The translations under genes and the position numbers were made by a program. A DNA stretch of 63,033 nt, counting the filler, from Chrysochromulina tobinii (taxonomy: Eukaryota): NCBI GenBank assembly GCA_001275005.1. It is 12 parts of 12 records of this genome, joined end to end, with 100 filler letters (N's around TTAATTAATTAA, not from the genome) between each part and the next. Parts side by side here need not be neighbours in the genome. Positions count along the whole stretch, not along the records: positions 22,177 to 27,446 come from JWZX01000267.1; positions 27,547 to 29,871 come from JWZX01000269.1; positions 29,972 to 31,987 come from JWZX01000270.1; positions 32,088 to 38,841 come from JWZX01000271.1; 8 more parts are not named here. One strand, written 5' to 3'. The notes below the pieces were generated by a model that worked only from the letters and a program-made list of their open reading frames with translations, did no database searches and was not told where the DNA came from. Positions 25,828 to 36,625 of this stretch are shown here, one piece after another; within the stretch, counting starts at the first letter, position 1; every line of letters begins with the position of its first letter.

Positions 25828-25860
<33 letters not shown>
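25724..25860 (-). repeat. 15-nt GC-rich repeat encoding a PPPPS-like tract, interrupted by a stop
   Basis: (GGCGGCGGCGGCGAG)n on the + strand. Confidence 0.7.
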
Positions 25861-27084
25861 AGCAAGCAGGCGTGGTGATAGCGGCGCGTGCCGGCAGGCC
25901 GAGCTGCCGATGCCGGCGCCGAGGCTGGCGGGCACATCGAAATGGCGCGGGAGCGCCGGCGCCGGTAGCGCTGGCAGCAGCGACAGCAGGGCCAAGCACT
26001 GCTCTGGCTATTCAAGAGTCGGACCTGCTGCTCTGCTGCGGCTGCCTGATGATCGCCGGCTTGCCGAGCGCCAGCTTGCCAGTGCCATGCCGCACGCCAT
26101 GCGCTGCCAACGGCCGCTGCGGCGCGCGGCGCGCGCAGCGCGCACTCCCCGCTGTGTCAGTCTTAGCACCCCGATCCGCATTGCTGCGAAAAAGCCCAGG
26201 GATGTTTTGTGTATGAACACTACGTGGAAAACCCCCGAAAAAACGTCTGAACTATACGCGTGCGGCGCGGCGCGCGAGCGCGCGCGCGGCGCGAATAGTA
26301 AAGTCCGTGTGATAAAGAGACGTTTCGAAAACAGAGGAGTGTGCAGATCATGAAATTAATTTATCGTGACCGCGCATCCATTACCCGGTACCGAGGTACC
26401 GTACTGTTATCCTTGCGCGGCAGAGCTCTTTAGCAGCACGAGCAAAATATAACTCGTGAAATGATAGCAGATGCTGTGTAAATAGAGTTAGAGATGGTGG
26501 AACAAGACACGACTATAATGAAGGAATCATGAAGAGTAGCCTCCACCAGAGGCCATGACGGTGCGTCGGGCCCGCCGCAGACGACGTGCCACTGTTGGCG
26601 GTTCGGCCAGCTGGTGTGAAGCCGCACGACCATAGCAGCAGCTGTCCCACCCGCCCTCCCGGGCCTGCGTGCTTCGCCTCCCACGCCGTTGGCTGGCTAA
26701 AGAAGCGTACGTCGCCAACCTCGGCTTCAAGCAACACCTCGAGAGCACCTGCAGTCACTCGCACCAGCGCGTACGAGTGCGTACGAGTGAGCCTCAAGCA
26801 GCGCCTGCAGCCGCTCCGAGACAGCTCCGTGCTCAGGCACGCCGTCGGCAGCGAGTGCGGCGCCTTCCGCTCGCGGCCCGCGCCCCGGTGGCACCAGAGC
26901 AGTTGGTCGAGCAGCTCGTCGAGCTCCATGGCGTCGGGCAGGCCGGTGCGCTCGAGCAGCGCGGCGTCGGCGTCATCGTCTGGCTCGTCTTGAACGCCAT
27001 CGTCGAGGCATAGGCCTGCGTCGCCCAGAAGTACCGGTACGCCCAGCAGTACCGATGAGCCGCCCACGGCCTACGAGTCCGAGT

Positions 27085-27446
27085 CGGAGGTGGCGAGGGC
27101 GGGGGACGGAGGTGGCGGGGATGGCGGCGGTGATGGTGGCGGCGAGGGTGGAGGTGATGGAGGTGGCGACGGTGGAGGTGATGGAGGTGGCGACGGCGGC
27201 GGCGATGGAGGTGGAGAGGGTGGCGGCGATGGTGGCGGTGAGGGTGGCGGAGATGGCGGCGGAGATGGCGGTGGGAAGGGTGGCGGGGACGGAGGCGGCG
27301 AGGGCGGTGGCGATGGTGGTGGCGACGGCGGAGGAGATGGCGGCGGCGAAGGTGGCGGTGATGGCGGCGGCGAAGGTGGCGGTGATGGCGGCGGCGAGGG
27401 CGGTGGCGGGGGTGGCGGTGATGGTGGCGGCGACGGTGGCGGCGAG
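27085..27446 (-). repeat. 12-nt repeat encoding (SPPP)n; fragment of a Pro-rich gene at a contig end
   Basis: Synonymous variation among units suggests a coding origin. Confidence 0.7.
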
Positions 27447-27546
27447 NNNNNNNNNNNNNNNNNNNNNNNNNNNNNNNNNNNNNNNNNNNNTTAATTAATT
27501 AANNNNNNNNNNNNNNNNNNNNNNNNNNNNNNNNNNNNNNNNNNNN

Positions 27547-29871
27547 ACGACGAACATCGTGACGTACTACGTTCCGTACCCGTCTCCGTCACGACCTCCA
27601 TCTGCGCCACCTTCGCCGCCTCCGCCCTCGCCCTCGCCGCCCCCGCCCTCGCCCTCGCTGCCGCCGCCATCCCCGCCGCCCTCAGCATCCCCACCCTCAC
27701 TGCCGCCACCGCAGCTGACACCTCCGCCTTCGCCGCCTCTGCCTTCGCCGCCTCCGCCCTCGCCCCCGCCGCCTTCACCACCTCCGCCGTCACCGCCACC
27801 GCCGCTGCCACCGCCGCCGTCGCCACCACCGCCGCTGCCACCGCCGCCATCACCGCCACCGCCGTCGCCACCACCGCCGCAGCCGCCACCGCCGTCGCCA
27901 CCACCGCCGTCGCCACCACCGTCCCCGCCACCGCCTCGCCACCGCCACCTTCGCCACCGATACCTTCCCCCCCTCCCTCTCCACCTCCGCCCTCGCCTCC
28001 GCCGTCGTCGCCGCCGTCGCCACCTCCGCCTTCACCACCTCCGCCCTCTCCACCGCCGCCCGCGCCACCGCCCTCGCCGCCGCCCCCCTTTCCTCCACCA
28101 TCATCGCCACCTCCTTCGCCAGAGCCATCGCCGCCTCCGCCGCCAAGCCCGTTATCCCCCGCACCGTCGCCACCACCTCCAAGCCCTCCGCCAAGCCCGC
28201 CTCCCTGCCCGCCGCCACCATCACCGCCACCTTCGCCACCACCTCCGTCGCCCCCACCGCCGCTGCCACCGCCGCCATCACCACCACCACCCTTGCCTCC
28301 GCCGCCCTCGCCTCCGCCGCGGCCGCCACCCTCGCCACCGCCACCATCACCTCCACCGCCATCGCCACCTCCTCCTTCACCACCACCACCCTCGCCTCCG
28401 CCTTCGCCACCTCCACCGTCTCCGCCGCCGTCACCGCCACCGTCTCCACCTCCGCCCTCTCCGGCGCCACCTATGGGTCGACACCCTGACCAAGCACTAC
28501 TGGAGCAGCTTCCCTTCGAGCATCTCCGTCCCGAGGCGATGGGCAGCGGCGTTCTCGCTTCAGGCCCCATCGGCAGCTCCATTGGACCGGGGCCGCATGG
28601 AAGGCCCCAGGGATCGCATCTGGCGCTCGTTCCAAGATTATCCGCGCACATGAGCTCTGTGCTAGGGCTTAACGAAGAATTCCCAGGCAGCCTGTGCATC
28701 GATGATGATCTCTCGACCTACTGCCATACGCAGCCCGCCGACTGCCCCGACTCGAGGGCGGACAACTACGAAGCCAGCTTCAACACCCCCGGTCCTACCG
28801 CTTGCGTCTTCCTCGGCTGCATGAACTCGTTGGACAGCAGGTACTCTTCGATTGCCACCATTAGCGACGGCTCGTGCCCCGACGCCCCAGGCTGTGCCGA
28901 CTCTGCTGCGGCCAACTACAACCCGGCCTACAACGTGCAGGTGGCTGGCTCGTGCACGTACGGCGGCTGTATGACACTAGGTGATGCCAACTACAGTGCG
29001 CAGAACACCTTTGCCATCCCTGGCTCGTGCGTGGGCTCGGGCCGCCGCCTCGAGGAGGGCGAACACCCGGGGTGCTTGGACCCGACCGCGTATACGTTTT
29101 ATGCCTGGGCCACGTCGCACGATCAGTCGATGTGCACGTACATCATCGCTGGATGCACGGATCCCAACGCGTTCAATTACATGCCGGCTGCCACGCCGGG
29201 AAACGCACAGGCCTCGTCGGCTTGCATCGCTCGTGTCACCGGCTGCATGTCGCCCACGGCACTCAACTACGATAGGAACGCCAACACCGCTGGGACGTGC
29301 ACGTACGCCCAGTCGAGTCCGTGGCTGTCCATCCGGATCCCGGGCAACACCTCCTGGGCCCCAGCGTCGCCCGTGAGCCACGTTCAAATCTACAACCGGC
29401 TCGACTGCTGCTGGGATCGCCTCGGTCACTTCCAGATCTGGGTGGGCAAGTCTGTGGGCGACTACAACTCCTCCACTTCCGAGCAGTGCGGCTTCCACTA
29501 CGGAGGCGCTGGCGATCAAAGCGGCCGGCCGGACGCCCACTGGACTGTGGAGGCGCCCGCCACGGTCGGCCCGTTTTCATTTGATTGCAACCAGATCGTC
29601 GGCTGGTATGTGACCATCGTCCTGCCCGGCGCGAGTCGCACCTTGAACCTTGCCGAGGTGCGCATCTTTTCCACGTACGAGTCGCCGTCGCCCCCGCCGC
29701 CGTCGCCGCCCCCGCCCTCTCCGCCCCCATCGCCGCCGCCCCCTTCGCCTCCCCCGCCGTCTCCACCACCGCCGTCGCCGCCCCCACCGTCTCCACCTCC
29801 TCCCTCGCCGCCCCCGCCGTCGCCGCCGCCTCCATCACCTCCGCCACCCTCGCCGCCACCTCCATCGCCGC
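27547..29871 (+). CDS. Extensin-like Pro-rich protein with an F-type (fucose-binding) lectin domain carrying seven inserted GCxD-type Cys repeats; partial at both ends; one frameshift near 27935
   Basis: MSS...CIDDD..TYCHT ... PWLSI ... IYNRLDCCWDRL ... GWYVTIVLPG..RTLNLAEV; repeats such as GCTDPNAFNY. Confidence 0.8.
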
Positions 29872-29971
29872 NNNNNNNNNNNNNNNNNNNNNNNNNNNNN
29901 NNNNNNNNNNNNNNNTTAATTAATTAANNNNNNNNNNNNNNNNNNNNNNNNNNNNNNNNNNNNNNNNNNNN

Positions 29972-31194
29972 ACAACGGAAGCGCCTTCGCCAACAAGCTC
30001 ATGGATGCCTCGGAGCAGCTGTACGGATACCGTATGATACATGTCATGCCCCATACACCGCAAGCGAACGGACTTGCTGAGGCGGCTGTGAAGAAACTGA
30101 AGGTTGCCCTCGACCGGCATACAAGCGATTACCAAGGATGGAAGCCACTTCTCCCCGCGATCCAGCACTGTGTCAATCAACGATTATCGCGCGACACGCA
30201 AGTACCTTTCGTGTCCCTTTTCGGCTACCCCCCACCGACGCTTGCGGCCCTAGAGCAACCATATTTACTTCCCACCGCTAGTCCGGAGGAACGCACTATC
30301 CAAGAGTTCGGATTGCGAATGAGGCGAATGCATCTGAGACTCACGAGAGAGCTTGATGATCTCAAGGACGCAGAGACACGACTGATGCCCTCCCCGAAAC
30401 CACTCCGTACAGTACTACCAGGAGATAAGGTGTGGCTGAAGTACAGCGATTCGGAGAAGTCGCGTTATATACGCAAGCATGGCAAGGGACTCGCCTGGAG
30501 GCACGCGTTCACGGTACTCGCGGTCAAGCCCCATGCCGTATTACTCGAGGTGCCATCGGACGGATCAGTTCCGGATGTGCTTCCCTGGCAGTCCCTCAGA
30601 AAGTGCAGTTTCGCTGCCCCTTTCTTCCACGACCCCGAGCTTGTGTTGCCCGATGTTGACGAACATGCCCTGCCGATGACCCCGGAACCGGACGCCTTGG
30701 CGTCGCTCATCAACACCCCCACGATCGTTGATGATTTACCTGCGCTGCCGATCGACGATGCGCCAGATGAGTGGCACGCGTGGCGTGAGGATAAACTCTA
30801 CGACATCGAAAGTATCGTTAGTGCTGAACCATCCGGTCGTGGATGGAAGCTAAGGATCAAGTGGGAGGGCCACCCCACAGTCACCACCGAGAGATTGTCA
30901 TCCATCGTGAGTCGGGTAACCGACCGGCGTATACTGGAGGAGATCGACCTCCGTAAGGCGGAGTACCAGAGCCGGTATGCCACCGTGCCGTCGCCACCCG
31001 AGACAGCTACCGTAGTAGCAATGGCGCCTACTAGGGTGCAGCCCGCCAGGTCTAGTCGAGCTCATCCAGTGTTCTTACTGTCTACCGATGATAGAAGAGC
31101 CGACGCTACGCTGTTCGAGTTTGCCTGCTCGGTGCTGCACGTTGAGTCAGGGAAGAGGACGCAATCCCTGCACCAGTTGGAAGACGTACTCTGA
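29972..31194 (+). mobile_element. Gypsy/chromovirus LTR retrotransposon pol C-terminus: integrase plus chromodomain; 5' partial
   Basis: (D)NGSAF, PHTPQANGLAEAAVKKLK, PFVSLFG, PGDKVWL, YDIESIV...LRIKWEGH. Confidence 0.88.
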
Positions 31195-31899
31195 TGAGCT
31201 CTCGTACTACTGCGAGCTCGAGGGGGTGATGATACGTCTCCACCCTCCCTACACTACACCCCGAGGACTCCCACCCTCGCTTCGGGTCACTCGAAGCGAG
31301 TACACCGGAACGGCGCGCCCAAATCGCCCAAGGTGAGGTAGTTTCGTGCAACTACCTCCCAAATCCAGCCTTGTTGTTTAGTTGGGCGGGCGCGTGGATA
31401 CCGGTAGAAGGGTGCGTTACGTTCGAGATATAGTGGCCACCTCGCGGTGTTCCGATAGATCCGTCGTCCCAGGCCCTGCCTGACAGCCAGTTCGTGATGT
31501 TATCTGTTCCTAATACGCTCAATCAACCCTCCAACCCCAAGCTCATCAGTGGTAGCCCGGACGGGGTCAATCGGGGAACTCGAAGTGCCCGGTGACCATC
31601 AAATCCCTGCTGTACCCCGCAGCCCGACGCCCTCGACCAGACCCAAGGACCCGTATCTCGTCTACAACCAGCCTGGGCGCCAGAACAAGCCCACGAACGA
31701 GAGCTTTCCGACGCCCCCCTCACCACCGAGAGCGCTGGAAAACTCACCGCACACGACGACCCCGACGACGCAAGCCGCGGCCGCAGCAACACCGCAGGCG
31801 GCAAAGCTGGCAAGCATCGCCGCGAAGTCGCACGGCGAGCGCACGCGCACGCGCATCACGCGCAGCGCCACCTCACCGAGCACGGCCATCAACGCCACC

Positions 31900-31987
31900 T
31901 GTATTTCAGATACATGACACACAAGATACATTCAAGATACATTCCGGATACGTATGGGATATATCGAGATACACATCAAGATACGTA
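31900..31987. repeat. AT-rich cluster of (A/G)GATAC motifs at a contig end
   Basis: About six GATAC copies in 90 nt. Confidence 0.6.
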
Positions 31988-32087
31988 NNNNNNNNNNNNN
32001 NNNNNNNNNNNNNNNNNNNNNNNNNNNNNNNTTAATTAATTAANNNNNNNNNNNNNNNNNNNNNNNNNNNNNNNNNNNNNNNNNNNN

Positions 32088-34467
32088 ACGCCAGCTGATG
32101 TCGGCCTACTCGAAGCTCATCTACTGCCTCGTGGTCGCTACGTGGACGACCGTCTACATGGAGAGCTGGAAGCGCAAGAATGCAACGCTCGCGTACATCT
32201 GGGACGTGGCCGACTTCAAGGAGGAGGAGGACCCGCGCCCCGAGTTCATCAAGAACTTCAACAGCGGCATTTGGAGGGCAAGCAAGAAGGAAGAGGAGGG
32301 CAAGAGCTGGTGGGAATACGTGGGCAAGGACATGCACATGAAGGAGGGTCCCGGCTTCTTCACGGAGGACGGCAGATTCGTCGAGGTCGAAGCGGAGAGC
32401 AGCTCCGCGGCGGAGAAGCAGATCTACTTCCCCCAGAAGCACCGCCTCACGATCATCACCTTTTTTGCCATGCCGCAGCTCCTCTTGTTCACCAGCGCGA
32501 TGATCGTCGGCGCGGCTTCGATCATGGTCTTCAAGTTTCTCGTGAATACGACCGATCTCTTCCTCAATGATGAGTTCTGGGGCGGAGGGTTTGGCCAGCA
32601 AATTCCGATGCTGTTATCGGTGATCTGGATGTCGATCATGAACTGGGTGTACACAGCACTCGCCACATGGCTCAACGGCCTCGAGAACTACCGCACTGAT
32701 ACCGAGTACGAAGACCATCTCATCCTCAAGGTGATGCTGTTCACCTTCATCAACTCGTACATCACGCTCTTCTACATCGGATTCGCGAAGGCCATCGGCT
32801 ACCCACTCAACTTGGGCAAGTATGGAAAGTACGAGGACATGTGCGGCTTCTATCCGGGAAATGGACCTCCCGCGCCTTGGGACGGCGCCGCCCAGGGTGT
32901 CTGCGGCGTGAAGCAGGGCTGCTTCCGGTACGCCCAAGTCAACCCTCTGTGCCCAAGTCAAGCCACAGACTGCTGCAATTATGACGCGCCCACGCTAGCA
33001 ATGTCTGGGTGCGATTTCATCTTCATCGAGCGCGACTGCACCTCGGACCTGCGCCTGATGATGGTGAGCTACACGCTTCTCAAGCAGGTGTACGAGGGCC
33101 TGCTGCAGGTTGCCATCCCCATGGTAATGACATGGATGAACAAGACAACCCTCCATAAGAAGATCAAGCACATGGAGATCGAGAAAGAAAAAGAGAAGAG
33201 CATGCGAGAAGGAGAAGCCTTCTCCACCGCCGAGGAGGGTCCGCCTCCGCCGCCGTCAAGCAAGGACGAGGAGCTACCGCTCCCCCCGCCGCCGCCGCCC
33301 GCGAGTGAGAAAGTCGAATCGGCAGTGCCCTCGCCGCCTCCCTCGCCGCCTGAACAAGAGATGACAGTTGCGGTCAAAGTGCAATCGGACAACGGTAGCT
33401 CGTGGCTCACGAAGGGATCGATTGCGGTTGACGAGATGTCGCCTGACGAGGCGCGCGAGGCCTTCCACAAGGCGATCGAGCTCGAGGCCACGCATGCGCG
33501 CTTTGAGGGCACTTTCGACGAGTACTTGACCAAGGTGACCCAGTTTGGCTACGTCTCCATGTGGTCGCCCGCCTTTTTGATCGCCTCGATCGCGGGGGCT
33601 GTGGGCAACTTTATCGAGCTCCGACTCGACGCGATCAAGGTTCTCCAATCGCGCCGGCGCAAGTACGAGGGCGCGGAGGACATCGGCACATGGCGGGACG
33701 TGATCGTCCTTATGTCGTGGATCGCGCTGCCCGTCAACGCCCTGCTCCTCGTCTTCACCTCGTGGACCTTTCGCAAGTACGTGATCGCGCCCGGCATCGC
33801 CACAGGCCCCTGCAAGGAAGCCGAGCCCTTCGGCTTCTCTGTCGCCGACAGCGCCTTCCTCCTGCAGCCCAGTGGCGGCGGCTCACTGCCCGCATATCAG
33901 GCGATGCTCTCGCCGCGCGCGAGCTTCTACGGCACTAACACGACCTTCTATACCAAGTGCGAGCAGAATATCAACGACTGCTGGGCGCCTGTGGGCGGCG
34001 TCGAGTGGCTGCCCGCGATGACATACCTCATCGGTCCACGCTGGGTTGACGGGCATTCACCGTCCACGGTCAGGCTTTATAAGGCGCTCTGCGACCCAGA
34101 GTCGCCGCTGCACCACCCGATGCATTGCCGCACGTGCCAAGGCTGGGGCAACGAGGTACTCTTCATCCAGCTGTGTGTGTTTGTCATCGTGGAGCATATC
34201 CTCCTCATCGTCAAGTTGATCCTCGCCTACGCCATCCCCGACTCGCCGGAGTGGGTGCGCGATGCGATCGCGCGCAGAGATTTCGTTGAGGCTAGGCTGT
34301 CCAAACGTGCGGTGGCGAAAGAGCTCCTTGACCCGGGGATCGTCGCAATCCACCGCGAGGAGCTGAAGAAGGTGGAGATCGCCAAGATCAAGCTGCTCCT
34401 GAATATGCCCACCCCCATCGGTGGACCCCAAGCAGGTGGGCCGGATCCATCGGTTGACCGGATCTGA
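32088..34467 (+). CDS. Anoctamin/TMEM16 family channel or scramblase; 5' partial
   Basis: ESWKRK, PRPEF, ENYRTDTEYEDHLILK..FINSY, QFGYV, IELRLDA.K, AEDIGTW, IPDSPEWV. Confidence 0.92.
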
Positions 34468-34756
34468 AACCGTCTATAACTGAAAACAACTCGACCGGGG
34501 CGGAAGTACCGGAAGGAGTCATCCGCCACTCGACTTGAGGCCTCGTGACTCGACTCTCGTGCTCAACCGCAGCGGCCAGCGCATGTGTAGGGGACGGCCT
34601 GGTTACAGATCATACCATGCTGCGCACCTGCGCTCTCATGAACTGAGGCTGTTTGAGGTACGCACCGCGTCACGTTTGAAGTTTTATACGAGTAAAAAAT
34701 ATATTACAAATAACCGGTCGAGCGGACCGTCGCGGTCCCCTCCGACAGGACCCGTC

Positions 34757-35152
34757 TAAAGGGTGAGGACCAATCAACCACCCGCGACGTGATGCTGAAC
34801 GGGGAGCGGCTGGTCATCGCGATGATTGCCGACGGGCACACGTGGCAAGGTAGGGTCGCCGCATTGCAAAGAAATGGTCGTCGACGAGCTCCTTGAGGTG
34901 CTGAAAGTCTCGGAAGGGTTGCATGTGAGTGCTGCGGGCACTCACGCATTCTTGAAGGCGCACGAAGAGGTACTCGCGATGATGGGAACGACTGCTGGCA
35001 GCACGCTCGGCGTGATCGTGCTCGACGCTACTCGCGCCGAGCTGACCGTGTTGCACTGCGGCGATAGTGTGGCTCGCCTCATCCCCCGCCGTTCAGCCGC
35101 AATGGGCCTCTGCGAGGACCACCGACCCGAGTCGTCCGAGTCCGAGCGCGCC
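34757..35152 (+). pseudogene. PP2C-type phosphatase fragment, frameshifted and truncated
   Basis: KGED...MIADGH, a frame change, then AGSTL...HCGDS...EDHRPESSESER; coding signal ends there. Confidence 0.7.
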
Positions 35153-35298
35153 ACGGCCGGCCTTCGGGCCCCGTGCGCTTGTGGCCTGGCGGCGTCGCCC
35201 TGGCCCGCACAGAGCGGAGCCCCCCCTCCCCCGCAATTGCCAATAGCTCGCACATCAATTCTGAATCAGCTCACGAGCGCACGCTCCACCCAGCGTTC

Positions 35299-36397
35299 CT
35301 AGGCGGCATTCAGGGAGCCGGCCTTCCAACCCATGACGAGCTCGAGCGTCTCACGCGGGCAGTACCACGTGTCCACCTTGGACGCCGCCATCTCATACGA
35401 ATGGCTGCCAAGCGGCAGGTAGCCGGAGACCTCAACCTTCTTTGCCTTGTCGGGTTGCTCCGTCGGGAGGAGCGTGCGCAGCTCGCCCATCAGCAGGCGC
35501 ACGGCGGACTGAGACGAGCCGCCCACGAAGCACAGGCACAGGTTAGGGCCCTCCCAATCGGGCCCGATGATGGCGAGAGCCTGGGGCGCAGAGTCGGAGC
35601 TCGACGGGCCGGCCTCCTCGCCTGATGAGGGAGGTCATCAGAGGTCATCAGAGGTCATCAGAGGTCATCAGAGGTCATCAGAGGTCATCAGAGGTCATCA
35701 GAGGTCATCAGAGGTCATCAGAGTCGGAGCTCGACGGGCCGGCCTCCTCGCCTACGACGTAGCACTGCCCCTTGTCGAGGCGGACCTCGAGCTCGGCTTC
35801 GTTCAGGCTCTTGAACTGGCCCGGCACGTCCATCATCATGCCCTTTGTGGCTGCATAGTAGTCGCTGCTTTGCACCAGAGCCCACAGGGCACGGAGGGTC
35901 TTCTCACGCTCGGCCGTGCCTGCGGGCATCATGGCCGGGTCGAGCTTGACCGCATGGGTCATCACCGGGGCGTTCATGGGCCGTTCCGAGGTCTGGCACC
36001 AGCGGAAAGGCACGAACTCAAGCCCGAACTTGGCCTGACATAGGTTCTTCATGGGCTCATTCGCCGATGTTGTGGCCATGCGGATATCGGTGAAGCCCTT
36101 GGATGCAAGGTCCTTGTCCATGCCACGAATGAGCGATGTGGCGATACCACCGCGGCGAATCGCAGGGTCCGTGCGCAAGGCGTTGAGGAAGGCCTCTCCC
36201 CGTCCCTGGTCATACGCCATGAAGATTGCAGCCGGAACACCCCGCAAATCAGCGCGGTAGCACGTCCATGCAGGGCTGGATTTGAACATGTCCCAGTAGG
36301 ACGGAAGCCAATCCTTTTCACCGTCGTTTATCTTCTCCCTCACGGCGGCCTTCAAATCGTCGTCAAATGCTCCAGCATACACGCGGAGCTCGTCCAT
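35299..36397 (-). CDS. GNAT acetyltransferase; join(35752..36397,35299..35621) with a GC-AG intron
   Basis: DWLP, LNALRTDPAIRRGGIATSL (acetyl-CoA motif A), TTSANEPMKNL..KFG; intron removal joins two ORFs in frame. Confidence 0.8.
35622..35751 (-). mobile_element. Family-1 intron, apparently very young: exact 33-nt exon duplication, (TGATGACCTC)9, CCTCATCAG; GC donor
   Basis: Read directly; no mismatches in the duplication or the array. Confidence 0.85.
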
Positions 36398-36625
36398 GAC
36401 GTGGATCGCTCTAGCCGCGCGTATGGGTGCGAGAAATTCCTACGCGGCGCCAAGTTTTTTTTGAAAATAATGGCCACGCTCAAAGGAAAGAGTCTTGCTA
36501 CATGTAATTCCCTGAGGCCTGGTCCCTCTTACATGTTGTGTGCGGGGTGGGATCCCGCGACGACGGGATGACTCGAGTCACGAGTGTCTTGCTCCTGCTA
36601 CGAAATCGGTCCCCATTCGTCTCGC

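Noticed and set aside
26430..27075. Possible coding region next to the SPPP tract
   Set aside because: An in-frame stop separates it from the tract and no domain was recognised
27930..27940. Programmed frameshift in the lectin gene
   Set aside because: A 1-nt loss in a C-rich repeat is most simply a sequencing error
31370..31900. Polypurine tract and 3' LTR of the chromovirus
   Set aside because: Only a weak purine tract and no second LTR to define the ends
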